Source: Paenibacillaceae bacterium
Lineage (GTDB): Bacteria > Bacillota > Bacilli > Brevibacillales > Brevibacillaceae
NCBI GenBank assembly: GCA_041920465.1
Contig: JBHGXW010000045.1
Span: 5,233-69,232 of the forward strand
Reading direction: 5' to 3'
DNA: 64,000 nt
Of this stretch, positions 44,365-56,057 are shown one piece after another. Position numbers and translations under genes: made by a program. Below the pieces are notes generated by a model that was given only the letters and a program-made list of their open reading frames with translations, searched no databases and was not told the origin of the DNA. How positions within the stretch are numbered: the first letter of the stretch is position 1; each line of letters opens with the position of its first letter.

Positions 44365-45222
44365 GTGGCTCAAGGAACACGTGAAATAAAGCGTCGGATT
44401 AAAAGTATCAAGAATACCCGTCAAATTACCAAAGCGATGAAGATGGTGGCAGCGGCTAAGCTTCGCCGTGCGCAAGAGAAAGCAGAAGCAGCTCGCCCTT
44501 ATGCGCGCAAGATCCAAGAAGTAATCGCCAGTATTGCTTCCGGATCATCGAGTGCGAAACATCCGATGCTGCAATCCAGACCTGTGAAAAAGACCGGTTA
44601 TATCGTTATTACATCTGACCGTGGTCTGGCAGGCGGATACAATGGAAACATGATCCGCAAGGTTGTTCAAACAATTCGCGAAAACCATAAGTCTCAGGAT
44701 GAATACGCGCTGTTTGTCATTGGACGCAAAGGCCGCGACTTCTTCAAGAAGCGCAATTTCCCGGTGATGGAAGAGGTTGTGGGATTGCCTGAGAGTCCGT
44801 CCTTCTCGGACATTAAGAAAATCGCGAGTGCAGCAGTGAATTTGTTTGCAGACGAGAAAATTGACGAATTGTACCTCTGCTATAACGAGTTCCAAAGCGC
44901 AATCTCGCAGATACCTCAAGTTACCCGCTTGCTCCCGTTGCAAGCCGTAGAAAGTGCGGAGCGCAAGATCAACTATGAATACGAGCCTTCTGCAGAAGAA
45001 GTGCTTTCTGTGCTCTTGCCGAAGTACGCTGAGACATTGATTTACAGTGCGTTGCTCGATGCAAAAGCGGCTTTCTATGGTGCTCAAATGACGGCGATGG
45101 GTAACGCAACGGATAACGCTAGTGATATGATTGACCGTCTGACATTGTTCTTTAACCGTGCTCGTCAAGCGTCGATTACGCAAGAGATCTCTGAGATCGT
45201 CGCAGGTGCGAACGCGCTGTAA
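44365..45222 (+). CDS. atpG: ATP synthase subunit gamma
   Basis: [36 protein letters not shown]. Confidence 0.98.
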   Translation: MAQGTREIKRRIKSIKNTRQITKAMKMVAAAKLRRAQEKAEAARPYARKIQEVIASIASGSSSAKHPMLQSRPVKKTGYIVITSDRGLAGGYNGNMIRKVVQTIRENHKSQDEYALFVIGRKGRDFFKKRNFPVMEEVVGLPESPSFSDIKKIASAAVNLFADEKIDELYLCYNEFQSAISQIPQVTRLLPLQAVESAERKINYEYEPSAEEVLSVLLPKYAETLIYSALLDAKAAFYGAQMTAMGNATDNASDMIDRLTLFFNRARQASITQEISEIVAGANAL

Positions 45223-45254
45223 TCGTCAACCAGGCTTTACAAGTAAGCTTTTAG

Positions 45255-46679
<1,425 letters not shown>

Positions 46680-46706
46680 GACAACCCTGGAAAGGGGAGA
46701 CGGTAA

Positions 46707-47111
46707 GTGAGCAAGATGACAGTTGAAGTCGTAACTCCCGAACGGGTTGTCTATAGCGGTGAAGCAACAATGGTAATTGCACGCGGCGTTGATGGGGATC
46801 TTGGTATTTTGCCAAACCATATGCCGCTGGTTACCCCGCTGAAAATCGCGCCAGTTCGGATCAAAACCGAGGGCGACAAAGAGACGCAAATCGCCGTTAG
46901 CGGCGGCTTCATGGAAGTCCGCGGCGATAAAGTAACCATTCTTGCTGAAACAGCTGAGCTGCCGGAAGATATCGATGTAGCTCGTGCCCAAGCAGCAAAA
47001 GCGCGTGCAGAGCAACGCCTCATTGAGAAGCACCCTGACCTCGATCAGCGTCGTGCAGAGCTTGCCTTGCAACGTGCGATGGCGCGTCTTGAAGTCACCA
47101 ATAAACGTTAA
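46707..47111 (+). CDS. atpC: ATP synthase subunit epsilon
   Basis: [30 protein letters not shown]. Confidence 0.97.
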   Translation: MSKMTVEVVTPERVVYSGEATMVIARGVDGDLGILPNHMPLVTPLKIAPVRIKTEGDKETQIAVSGGFMEVRGDKVTILAETAELPEDIDVARAQAAKARAEQRLIEKHPDLDQRRAELALQRAMARLEVTNKR

Positions 47112-47117
47112 TAGAGA

Positions 47118-47148
47118 ATCCCTGCTTGCGATATGCGGCAGGGATTTT
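47118..47148 (+). terminator. atp operon terminator
   Basis: aatccctgc/gcagggatt stem followed by Ts. Confidence 0.75.
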
Positions 47149-47232
47149 TACTCGTTGCATGGCCTTTACCCGCTACATTCCTTTACTTGCTACAGGCTGT
47201 TGTTCTTCACAGACCGATGTGTCAGGACGATG

Positions 47233-47261
47233 CGGTTTAGCCGGGATATAGCCGGGAGGGC
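47233..47261 (+). repeat. degenerate REP-like right half R7
   Basis: cggtttagccgggatatagccgggagggc resembles R8 (cggcttagcgtagcttaagccgggtgggc). Confidence 0.4.
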
Positions 47262-47382
47262 AGGGTTTTTTATTGGTAATGCACACCACTTTAAGTGTAT
47301 AATAGTTCTGATATAGATTTTTGTGCCATTTGGGGAATCTTACTACTAATGATGTCAATACATTGGCAAGGAGAGTGGCTTC

Positions 47383-48126
47383 ATGCAAACAATTCGAGAC
47401 GTCCGGAAAACGGCGAACGATGATACAATTATACCGAATGGATTTACTGCTAATGGATGGGGAAGTATCCTTTCACATGAAATGAAGGTTCTTTTTCAAG
47501 GGCTCTGCTATGTTGTATCCAAATTTGATACCAAAGCAGAAATGAATAAGGCACTCGACGGCATCCGAGGCTTGAGAGGCACGTTTGCTCCGCTTGAAAA
47601 AAGCTTATTCAAGTCAGAGGAATCTTATGAAGGGTACCGTCAGCACATCGAGAAACATCGGGAATTTTTGGAACGGTCCGGATATACATATCCTTCTTCC
47701 CGCGATGAAGCAATTGAGTTGTTCGTAAAGTGGGGATTAGTTCTTGATCAAGGTGATGCTTGGGACGTACCGATCACACCATTCCCGGATGTACAAGATA
47801 TTTTCACGTTGACAGACGTTGAAAAAATGGCGTTAAACACAATTAAACTGGAAGCGCTGGTTCACCCGATCTTCAGCAAATTGATTCTTGCTCTGCATGA
47901 AAAGGATGAAGAAACGTTCCATCTCTCCAAGGCAGACCTGAAGGAAATGTTACAAGTAAATGATTCTCTTCTTCTTGAGGTGCTGATCAAACTGGTGCCT
48001 TACCTGAAACAGCCGATCGACAATATTCAAGAGATTCCGGAAGACGAAAAAATGGAGATCAGTGTTGTGTGGGAACGTATTTATGAGGACTTTTTAGGCG
48101 ATAAAAATCCTCAAGCTGTCCAATAA
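47383..48126 (+). CDS. hypothetical protein (possibly DUF6042)
   Basis: 247-aa ORF with RBS (aaggagag) and its own terminator; family name from memory only. Confidence 0.8.
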   Translation: MQTIRDVRKTANDDTIIPNGFTANGWGSILSHEMKVLFQGLCYVVSKFDTKAEMNKALDGIRGLRGTFAPLEKSLFKSEESYEGYRQHIEKHREFLERSGYTYPSSRDEAIELFVKWGLVLDQGDAWDVPITPFPDVQDIFTLTDVEKMALNTIKLEALVHPIFSKLILALHEKDEETFHLSKADLKEMLQVNDSLLLEVLIKLVPYLKQPIDNIQEIPEDEKMEISVVWERIYEDFLGDKNPQAVQ

Positions 48127-48308
48127 TTCCATATCAATATCAATGTAAGCATGAGGGAGGACTCTTGTCCTTCTTTTTTTGTGCTATAAAAGAAAGTTTA
48201 ATCGCTTTAAATTAAAGTGGTTAAACTTTCTTTCCAATCGCGCAGCCAGTGGGAAAAACGATTGTCCATTTCGCAGCGACTTTTACAGCGCAAGCCCAGG
48301 CGCTCGCT

Positions 48309-48348
48309 GGGGCCCCGCTCGGCTTAGCGTAGCTTAAGCCGGGTGGGC
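48309..48348 (+). repeat. REP-like hairpin R8
   Basis: gggg-c-cccgctcggc-ttagcgtagcttaa-gccgggtggg-c. Confidence 0.8.
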
Positions 48349-48368
48349 AAAAATCGTCAGGAGAAAAA

Positions 48369-48408
48369 GGGTCCCGACCGGCGCCACGTAAGTTATGGCC
48401 GGGTGGGT
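48369..48408 (+). repeat. REP-like hairpin R9
   Basis: gggt-cccgaccggc-gccacgtaagttatg-gccgggtggg-t. Confidence 0.8.
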
Positions 48409-48624
48409 AAAAAAAGTGGTCAAGCAGCAAAACGAAGGACAAGGCTACGGTTTTGACCACTTCCTGACGATGAGAGAGAAGCCGGACTTGATCGCAGCTG
48501 CGCAAGCTGTAACGGAGGCACGAAAGGACAACGATTTTTCTTGTTGTGCAAATCTTGCCGAATCGCGCCAATAAATTTATCTAAAAAAATAGATTTTTGT
48601 TATAAAAAAATTTTAAAGAATAAA

Positions 48625-48651
48625 AAAGGAATTTGGATTGTTATCCAGAAT
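48625..48651 (+). promoter_or_regulatory. sigma-H-type promoter of the M6 protease gene
   Basis: AAAGGAATT-11 bp-CCAGAAT. Confidence 0.5.
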
Positions 48652-48783
48652 TTGTTAAGAACAGATTAAGAATTGGTGAAATAATAGGAAACTTGCAATA
48701 ATTAATGTTATCTCTCATACATTCCTATTGTTTGATCATCTCTTAATTTTCAACTATTAACACGAATGGAAAGGATGGTTGAA

Positions 48784-51039
48784 TTGAAGATCAGCAAGGT
48801 CATGGCAGGTCTCCTCTCTTCTGCTCTAGTGCTGGGGTCCGTGGTAGTAGCACCTCTTTCAACTGCAGCGAAATCACAGAAGTTCGAACAACAGGAGAAA
48901 CAGATCGATTGGGGAGTCATTAACTTTGATCGTCTGGCAAAGAACTTGATCAAGAAGGGTATGATTGATGAGGATGCTTCGCCGGAAGAAATCGAAAAAG
49001 CAGTAACCAGGTACGTTATGAAACGCGACATTCCGGAAGGCATTGATACATCTTCCAGCTTCGGGAAAAAAGCGGTTAAGACGAAGGCGGCAGCCGATGC
49101 CAAGATTAGCAAGAAGGCAAACAACATGAAGGAAGATTCCAAAGAGGCGAAATTCCGTGACGCTCACAAAGATAACATCGTCATGGCTTTGGTTGAGTAC
49201 CCGGATTTCTCCCACAATCAGCTTCCTCAAGCGGAAGACAGTCTGTGGACCAAAGATTTCAGCCAGGAGCATTATGAGAATATGCTCTTCAACCCATATG
49301 GCTACCGCACTCCTGAAGGTGTAAAGCTGACTACGATGGCTCAATACTACTATGAGGAGTCGGGTGGAACCTGGTCCGTTGACGGAGTCGTTACGCCCTG
49401 GATTACGGCACAACATGATGAAGCCTACTACGGCGGCAATGATGAGGATGGCAACGACAAGGCACCTCGTGATCTTGTGCTGGAAACTCTTGAAGCTGTT
49501 GGTGAATCGATCCAAGGTAACGAAGAAAAATATGACCAGCGCGACCCGTACGATATTGATGGTGATGGAAACATTATGGAGCCGGATGGGTTGTTGGATA
49601 ACCTGATGGTTGTTCACGCTGGTGTCGGTGAAGAAACTGGTGAGCGTGACCAAGCCATTTGGTCGCATCGCTGGACTTTGAAAAAGCCAACTCCGATTCC
49701 TGGGACCAAATTGAAAGCATATGATTACATGATCCAGCCAGAAGATGGCGCTGTGGGTGTTTTCGCTCATGAATATGGCCACAACCTTGGTCTTCCGGAT
49801 CTATATGATACGACTCGTTCTGGCTTGGGGTCTCCGGTTGGTTCCTGGTCCATCATGTCTTCCGGTAGCTGGAACGGAGTTATTTTGGGTACCCAGCCGA
49901 CAGCATTTGATCCTTGGTGCAAACTTGAGCTGCAAGCAAGGTATGGCGGAAACTGGTTGAAACCGCGTGTAATCGATCAAGAAGACATCAAAACGAAACG
50001 CAAGTTTACCCTTGACGAAGGCGTAAGCATGGATCCGAAGAACAAGGTCCTCAAAATTAACTTGCCAAAGGTAGAAGCGAAGCCGCCAGTTCAACCGTAT
50101 GAAGGCGATTACTCATACTTCTCCGACAAAGGTGACGATCTCAACACCAAAATGACATCTCCGGAAATCGATCTGACTGGTGCAAAAGAAGTGAAACTCA
50201 GCTTCGACGCATGGAGACAAATCGAAACCGGATACGACGCTCTTTACCTGCATATCATCGATGCAGCTACAGGTGACTACCTGAAAAAAGAATTCAAAAC
50301 TTGGGACGACGATACCAAGGGCTGGGTGAAAGAAGAGATTGACCTGTCCGAATTCGCCGGCAAGAAAATCAAAATACAATTTAACTATGTAACAGATGGC
50401 GGATTGGCCTTGGATGCGTTCTATTCTGACAACTATGTAGTAGAAGCAGACGGCAAGGTTGTATTTGAAGATGATGCTGAAGGAGAACCTAAGTTTGACC
50501 TGGACGGATTTACTCACTTTGATGGCACCGGAACCATGCACGAAGCGTACTATCTGATTGAATACCGTACGCACAATGGCGTTGATGAAGGTCTGGCTAA
50601 CTACAACCGCAACATGACATTTTTTGCTTACGATCCTGGTATGGTCGTTTGGTATTACGACGGCCGTTATGGGAAGACTTCTGACAACCATACAGGGGAT
50701 CACCCGGGTGAAGGCTTTATCGGAGTGGTGGACGCTCACCAAGACGTTCGTTACTGGGATGGCGATGAGAGCAAGCCAGCAGGTGACCGTTATCAAGTAA
50801 ACGATGCGGCATTCGGATTGCATGAGACTTCCGGTATCCATATTAACTACATCAACGGAACGTTGGATTACGATAGCTTGCCTGCTGTACCAGTTTTCTA
50901 TGACAAAAACGACTACAGCATGCCTGGTGCAGAAGATGTTGGTAAGATTCTCCAACAATTGGGCATCCAAATAAAAGTACTGAAAGAGAACAAGAGCAAA
51001 ACCGAGCTGACAATCGAGGTTTCCAAGAAAAAAGACTAA
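48784..51039 (+). CDS. inhA: immune inhibitor A-type M6 metalloprotease
   Basis: Signal peptide; HEYGHNLGLPDLYD (HExxHxxGxxD); WSIMSSGSW; MAM-like insert; NHTGDHPGEGF. TTG at 48784 fits the RBS. Confidence 0.93.
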   Translation: MKISKVMAGLLSSALVLGSVVVAPLSTAAKSQKFEQQEKQIDWGVINFDRLAKNLIKKGMIDEDASPEEIEKAVTRYVMKRDIPEGIDTSSSFGKKAVKTKAAADAKISKKANNMKEDSKEAKFRDAHKDNIVMALVEYPDFSHNQLPQAEDSLWTKDFSQEHYENMLFNPYGYRTPEGVKLTTMAQYYYEESGGTWSVDGVVTPWITAQHDEAYYGGNDEDGNDKAPRDLVLETLEAVGESIQGNEEKYDQRDPYDIDGDGNIMEPDGLLDNLMVVHAGVGEETGERDQAIWSHRWTLKKPTPIPGTKLKAYDYMIQPEDGAVGVFAHEYGHNLGLPDLYDTTRSGLGSPVGSWSIMSSGSWNGVILGTQPTAFDPWCKLELQARYGGNWLKPRVIDQEDIKTKRKFTLDEGVSMDPKNKVLKINLPKVEAKPPVQPYEGDYSYFSDKGDDLNTKMTSPEIDLTGAKEVKLSFDAWRQIETGYDALYLHIIDAATGDYLKKEFKTWDDDTKGWVKEEIDLSEFAGKKIKIQFNYVTDGGLALDAFYSDNYVVEADGKVVFEDDAEGEPKFDLDGFTHFDGTGTMHEAYYLIEYRTHNGVDEGLANYNRNMTFFAYDPGMVVWYYDGRYGKTSDNHTGDHPGEGFIGVVDAHQDVRYWDGDESKPAGDRYQVNDAAFGLHETSGIHINYINGTLDYDSLPAVPVFYDKNDYSMPGAEDVGKILQQLGIQIKVLKENKSKTELTIEVSKKKD

Positions 51040-51131
51040 CCCATTGATACCAATATACCGTAAGCCAGGCTAAATCGAGCTAAATTTTAAGTCCTGAAAA
51101 CATAAAAACATATACAAGTGTTTAATATTGT

Positions 51132-51165
51132 AAAGGCTTAGGGACAATATCTCTAAGCCTTTTTT
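51132..51165 (+). terminator. terminator after inhA
   Basis: aaaggcttaggg/ctctaagccttt stem followed by a T-run. Confidence 0.75.
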
Positions 51166-51219
51166 CTGATTGTGTCAAGAGGTAAAACAAAGTATTTCTT
51201 ACAATAGTAAGGCTTTTGT

Positions 51220-51278
51220 TAGACACAAGAATAGGGTTTTGCTATAATGATGTAGGTATTTTCTTGTACTCAGTACAA
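51220..51278 (+). promoter_or_regulatory. sigma-A promoter of the nuo operon and downstream 15-bp palindrome
   Basis: TAGACA-17 bp-TATAAT (51220-51248); TTGTACT-C-AGTACAA (51264-51278). Confidence 0.65.
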
Positions 51279-51292
51279 CGGAGGGGAATTCG

Positions 51293-51664
51293 ATGAGTGC
51301 AATCTATGCAAACAATTATGTGATTGTTGCCATCTTTATCTTCCTTGGCGTACTGCTTCCGGTAGCTACCGTCAGTATTGTTGGACCATTGGTTCGCCCT
51401 AACAATCCTACTCCCGAAAAGCAGACGACCTATGAAAGTGGTAACATACCCGTTGGGGACAGTTGGGTCCGGTTTAATATTAAGTATTATATTTTTGCCC
51501 TGCTGTTCGTTATCTTTGATGTTGAGACATTGTTTCTCTATCCATGGGCAGTGGCGTATAATCAGCTAGGCCTTTTTGCTTTAGTAGAAATGGTTATCTT
51601 CATTTTGCTTTTAGTTATTGGACTAGTTTATGCCTGGAGAAAGAAGGTGCTTGAATGGAGCTAG
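51293..51664 (+). CDS. nuoA: NADH-quinone oxidoreductase subunit A
   Basis: [24 protein letters not shown]. Confidence 0.96.
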   Translation: MSAIYANNYVIVAIFIFLGVLLPVATVSIVGPLVRPNNPTPEKQTTYESGNIPVGDSWVRFNIKYYIFALLFVIFDVETLFLYPWAVAYNQLGLFALVEMVIFILLLVIGLVYAWRKKVLEWS

Positions 51665-52173
51665 ATCTTACGAACGTTGCGCCTGAGCTGCAGGAAGAAA
51701 TGAAGCGGAATGTGATGTTTACAACAATGGAAACGCTTAAAGGCTGGGTACGCAGTAACTCACTTTGGCCTTTATCGTTCGGATTGGCTTGCTGTGCGAT
51801 CGAAATGATGGCTACAGGCGGTTCGAATTACGATTTTGACCGTTTTGGAGTTATTTTCCGGGCTTCCCCTCGCCATTCAGACGTGATGATTGTTGCCGGA
51901 ACAGTAACGAAGAAAATGGCACCGCTTTTACGTCGTTTATACGACCAAATGCCTGAACCGAAATGGGTAGTGGCAATGGGTTCTTGTGCAACAGCAGGCG
52001 GGCCTTATATCAAATCTTATAGCGTAGTAAAAGGTGTCGATCAGATTGTACCGGTAGATGTGTACATACCTGGTTGCCCACCAAGTCCAGTTGCCCTTAT
52101 CTATGGAATTAATAAATTACAAGAAAAGATTCGCTATGAAGCGAAGACTGGGAAGAAGGTGACCAGTCAATGA
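51655..52173 (+). CDS. nuoB: subunit B
   Basis: [32 protein letters not shown]. Confidence 0.97.
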   Translation: MELDLTNVAPELQEEMKRNVMFTTMETLKGWVRSNSLWPLSFGLACCAIEMMATGGSNYDFDRFGVIFRASPRHSDVMIVAGTVTKKMAPLLRRLYDQMPEPKWVVAMGSCATAGGPYIKSYSVVKGVDQIVPVDVYIPGCPPSPVALIYGINKLQEKIRYEAKTGKKVTSQ

Positions 52174-52925
52174 GTGAGGAAAAACGCAAACCTACTCCTG
52201 AAGAAAAGGCAGCCGCAGCAGCAAAGGCCAAAGCAGCAGCAGCCGCTGCAGCCGCAGCAAAAGCCAAGGCGGCGCGGGAAGCAGAAGGCGGAGCGCCTCA
52301 GGAAACTGGCGGAGATGATGCGGACGCGAAAGCGAAAGCAGCCGCAGCAGCAAAAGCCAAAGCAGCAGCCGCCGCAGCCGCGAAAGCGAAAGTAGCCGGA
52401 GCGGAAGGAGAGACAGGAGCAGAAGCTGCAGCACCGAAGGCTCCATCTAAAAACCAGCCATACTTGGATAAGTATGTGAAAGTAATCACTTCTAAATTAG
52501 GTTCTGATGTGATAGAAGCTTCCTATATTAATGAATTGGCCAAAGATGTGCCGACTATCGTTGTAAAAAATGAACGACTTCATGATGTGGCCAAACTTCT
52601 CAAAGAAGATGGAGAACTGCACTTCGAGTATCTGTCCAACTTGCATGGGGTAGATTACGAGGATCGCATGGAAGTTTATTATCATCTCTATTCTTATAAA
52701 AATCGACAAAGTATTGCGGTGAAAGTGAAAACAAACCGTGAAACTCCTACCGTTGCTTCTGTAATGGATATTTGGGAGGGGGCAAACTTTAACGAGCGGG
52801 AGACTTATGATTTGCTCGGCATTAATTTCCCGGGACATAAGGATTTACGTCGAATTTTGCTCTCTGATGACTGGGTAGGTCATCCTCTCCGTAAAGACTA
52901 TGAACAGTTCGACGAGGGGGTGTAG
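52170..52925 (+). CDS. nuoC: subunit C with Ala/Lys-rich N-terminal extension
   Basis: [23 protein letters not shown]; AAAAKAK repeats at the N-terminus. Confidence 0.95.
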   Translation: MSEEKRKPTPEEKAAAAAKAKAAAAAAAAAKAKAAREAEGGAPQETGGDDADAKAKAAAAAKAKAAAAAAAKAKVAGAEGETGAEAAAPKAPSKNQPYLDKYVKVITSKLGSDVIEASYINELAKDVPTIVVKNERLHDVAKLLKEDGELHFEYLSNLHGVDYEDRMEVYYHLYSYKNRQSIAVKVKTNRETPTVASVMDIWEGANFNERETYDLLGINFPGHKDLRRILLSDDWVGHPLRKDYEQFDEGV

Positions 52926-52928
52926 GAG

Positions 52929-54077
52929 ATGAGTGCTGATATGACATCAACTGCAAATAAATCATTCGTGGATACAGGGCTTCGTACTGAAGAAATGCTC
53001 CTGAACGTCGGCCCGCAACACCCTAGTACGCACGGGGTGTTCCGTTTGGTTGTAAAAATCGACGGGGAAACAATCAAAGAAGCTACTCCGGTAATCGGCT
53101 ATCTGCACCGGGGAACTGAAAAACTGGCAGAAAACCTCAATTATCAACAAATTATTCCTTATACAGACCGACTCGACTATCTTTCCGCTATGACGAATAA
53201 CTATGTGCTTTGTCATGCAGTTGAGACGATGATGGGTCTTCAAATTCCGGAACGCGCAGAATTCCTTCGTCTGATTGTGATGGAGCTAAACCGCATCGCC
53301 AGCCACTTTGTGTGGTGGGGCACCTATCTTCTCGATATCGGGGCCATGAGCCCATTCTTGTTTGCTTTCCGTGACCGCGAGAAGATTCTCGATTTGTTCA
53401 ATGAATTGTGCGGAGCTCGTTTAACCTACAATTACATGCGGATTGGCGGCGTAAAGTGGGATGCTCCTCCGGGATGGATTGAGAAGGCGAAAGATTTCGT
53501 TCAATACATGAAGAAGGAATTGACGAACTACCATCGTCTGGTTAGCGGGAATGAAATCTTTATCAACCGTTTAAAAGGCATCGGCAAATATGACCGTGAA
53601 ACCGCCCTTAACCACTCTTTGTCTGGTGTTTTGCTTCGCTGTACAGGAGAGAAATGGGATCTTCGCAAAGATGAACCATACTGTATTTACGACCGTTTTG
53701 AATTTGATGTGCCAACCGCTACAGAAGGCGACTGTTTGTCTCGCTACCAGCTGCGCCTTGCTGAAATTGAGCAATCTCTGCGAATTTTGGAACAAGCTCT
53801 CGATCAGTTCCCGAAAGAAGGGGAAGTAATGGGCAAAGTTCCAAAAGTGCTTCGTCCGCCAGTCGGTGAAACTTATGTCCGCGTTGAATCGCCGCGTGGA
53901 GAAATCGGCGTCTACATCGCAAGCCAAGGTAAGGATAAGCCATGGCGTTTGAAACTCCGCCGCCCTTCCTTTAACAACCTGCAGATCCTTACGAAGCTGT
54001 TAGAGGGAGAAAATATGGCAAACATGATTGCTATTTTGGGTAGTATCGACATCGTGTTAGGGGAGGTTGACGCGTAA
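52929..54077 (+). CDS. nuoD: subunit D
   Basis: NVGPQHPSTHGVFRL, GYLHRGTEK, ESPRGE, GEVDA. Confidence 0.97.
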   Translation: MSADMTSTANKSFVDTGLRTEEMLLNVGPQHPSTHGVFRLVVKIDGETIKEATPVIGYLHRGTEKLAENLNYQQIIPYTDRLDYLSAMTNNYVLCHAVETMMGLQIPERAEFLRLIVMELNRIASHFVWWGTYLLDIGAMSPFLFAFRDREKILDLFNELCGARLTYNYMRIGGVKWDAPPGWIEKAKDFVQYMKKELTNYHRLVSGNEIFINRLKGIGKYDRETALNHSLSGVLLRCTGEKWDLRKDEPYCIYDRFEFDVPTATEGDCLSRYQLRLAEIEQSLRILEQALDQFPKEGEVMGKVPKVLRPPVGETYVRVESPRGEIGVYIASQGKDKPWRLKLRRPSFNNLQILTKLLEGENMANMIAILGSIDIVLGEVDA

Positions 54078-55090
54078 TGACGGAACTTTTACACCAAGCG
54101 CCCTCTCTGACCAATACCATACTGTTTCTTTTGGCAGGGGTAGCTCTTTTATTGGTCGTTCTAGGATTCGTTACCTATGCAATCTATTTTGAACGTAAGG
54201 TAATCGGTTGGATGCAATTGCGTATTGGTCCGAACCGGGTGGGTCCGCTCGGTTTGCTCCAAACAGTAGCTGACGTGGCAAAGCTGTTGTTAAAAGAGGA
54301 TACCCGTCCGAAAAATGCTGACAAAGTGCTGTTTGCATTAGCTCCGGTAGTCGCCTATGCTCCTGCGTTTGCTGTACTGGCGGCTATTCCATTCACAGAT
54401 AAAATTCATTTCGCCGATTTGGGTATCGGTGTACTTTATTACATCGCTTTGTCCGGTATTACGGTAATCGGTGTAATCATGGGCGGTTGGGCTTCGAACA
54501 ACAAATACTCCCTTATCGGGGGATTGCGTTCTGCCGCCCAGATGATCAGTTACGAAGTTCCGCTTGTCATGTCGGTTGTAGGGATTATCCTGATGACGGG
54601 AAGCATGAACCTGCGTGACATCGTTGAAGCGCAGCGTGACGTGTGGAATATTGTTCCGCAATTTATTGCCTTTGTCGTTTTCGTGATTGCAGCACAAGCA
54701 GAGCTGAACCGCACACCGTTCGACTTGCCGGAAGCAGAGTCAGAACTTGTTGCCGGTTATCACGTTGAGTATTCCGGCTTCCGTTTTGCCATGTTCATGT
54801 TGGCTGAATACGTGTATATGTTCGGTATGGGAGCGCTCATTACCATCCTGTTCTTGGGCGGATGGCTTCCGCCTTTCGGATTCCTAAGTTTTATTCCGGG
54901 AGTCGTTTGGTTTATCCTGAAGTTTTTACTGTATGTCTTCTTCCAATTCTGGCTTCGTGCTACCATGCCTCGCTTGCGTGTTGACCAACTGATGTCATTT
55001 GCTTGGAAAGGTCTTCTGCCGCTTGCACTTTTCAACATACTGCTGACAGCCGTTGTCATTTCTGTTCAGAACGGTTCGTTGGGGCAGTAA
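54077..55090 (+). CDS. nuoH: subunit H
   Basis: ERKVIGWMQLRIGPNRVG, RTPFDLPEAESELVAG. Confidence 0.97.
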   Translation: MTELLHQAPSLTNTILFLLAGVALLLVVLGFVTYAIYFERKVIGWMQLRIGPNRVGPLGLLQTVADVAKLLLKEDTRPKNADKVLFALAPVVAYAPAFAVLAAIPFTDKIHFADLGIGVLYYIALSGITVIGVIMGGWASNNKYSLIGGLRSAAQMISYEVPLVMSVVGIILMTGSMNLRDIVEAQRDVWNIVPQFIAFVVFVIAAQAELNRTPFDLPEAESELVAGYHVEYSGFRFAMFMLAEYVYMFGMGALITILFLGGWLPPFGFLSFIPGVVWFILKFLLYVFFQFWLRATMPRLRVDQLMSFAWKGLLPLALFNILLTAVVISVQNGSLGQ

Positions 55091-55128
55091 GCCGCTAAAG
55101 CCATTCAAATCGTAAGGGGGGAAACACA

Positions 55129-55542
55129 ATGCTAGGCTTTGCAAAAGGGCTGGGGTTTATTTTAAAGAAGCTGACGGAAAAGAATGTAACGCATTTCTAT
55201 CCGGACGTTCCGTACCCGATGCCACCGCGCTTTCGTGGAATTCAGCACTTTTCACCTGAGAAATGCATTGTTTGTAACCAATGTGCACGTATTTGCCCGA
55301 CTGAATGTATCTCGTTAACCGGAAAACCGCATCCGGATCCAACGAAGAAGGGCAAAATTATCGACACGTATGATATTAACTTTGAAATCTGTATTCTTTG
55401 TGACTTGTGTACAGAGGTTTGTCCGACAAATGCCATTGTCATGTCGAACAATTATGAGCTGGCTACTTACAGCAGAGATGAACTGTTTAAAAACCTGAAG
55501 TGGCTAGATGATAACAATACAAACGTCAGGGAGGAAAACTAA
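55129..55542 (+). CDS. nuoI: subunit I
   Basis: Two CxxCxxCxxxCP motifs. Confidence 0.96.
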   Translation: MLGFAKGLGFILKKLTEKNVTHFYPDVPYPMPPRFRGIQHFSPEKCIVCNQCARICPTECISLTGKPHPDPTKKGKIIDTYDINFEICILCDLCTEVCPTNAIVMSNNYELATYSRDELFKNLKWLDDNNTNVREEN

Positions 55543-55544
55543 CA

Positions 55545-56057
55545 ATGAGTGCTTCATTTGTAGCGTTTTTTATCCTTTCCCTGTTAACAATCGGGGGAGC
55601 TGTTTTCATGATCAGCTTCAACCGGGTTGTACATATGGTGATAGCCATAGGGGTGACGTTTCTTAGTATCGCAGGCCTTTTCGTTCTGTTGGAGGCTGAA
55701 TTTGTAGCGGTTTCTCAAGTGCTTGTTTATTCAGGAGCCATTTCCATCCTGATGCTGTTTGGCATAATGCTGACCAAACATGATGCGAATGAGGCGGGAG
55801 TAAACCGGGCACAAAACAAGATTCTTACCTTCATCGGTGTAGCTGCGTTCTTTGTCACCGTATTCATGGGGATTCAAAACACCGTATGGCCAGGGGGAAC
55901 ACAAAACCCTTCTGATCCAGCCATAAGCAATGTAAAACAAATCGGTATTGAAGTATTCACGAAATACGTGATTCCATTTGAACTTGTGTCTGTCCTGTTG
56001 CTTGTTGCGCTTGTAGGTGCAATTATCATGGCGAAGAAGGAGGGGGACAAAGGATGA
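55545..56057 (+). CDS. nuoJ: subunit J
   Basis: [29 protein letters not shown]. Confidence 0.95.
   Translation: MSASFVAFFILSLLTIGGAVFMISFNRVVHMVIAIGVTFLSIAGLFVLLEAEFVAVSQVLVYSGAISILMLFGIMLTKHDANEAGVNRAQNKILTFIGVAAFFVTVFMGIQNTVWPGGTQNPSDPAISNVKQIGIEVFTKYVIPFELVSVLLLVALVGAIIMAKKEGDKG

Larger units (their letters stand above)
48253..48540. mobile_element. non-autonomous MITE-like element containing two REP-like units
   Basis: Imperfect terminal IRs (gaaaaacgattgtccatttcg versus reverse complement gaaaaatcgttgtcctttcg); internal 19-bp IR; right end recurs at 12414-12480; no ORF with homology. Confidence 0.55.

Noticed and set aside
48221-48571. Minus-strand 116-aa ORF over the repeat cluster; possible CRISPR reading of the repeats
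   Set aside because: The ORF is translated repeat sequence. The units are not regularly spaced direct repeats with unique spacers, and there are no cas genes.
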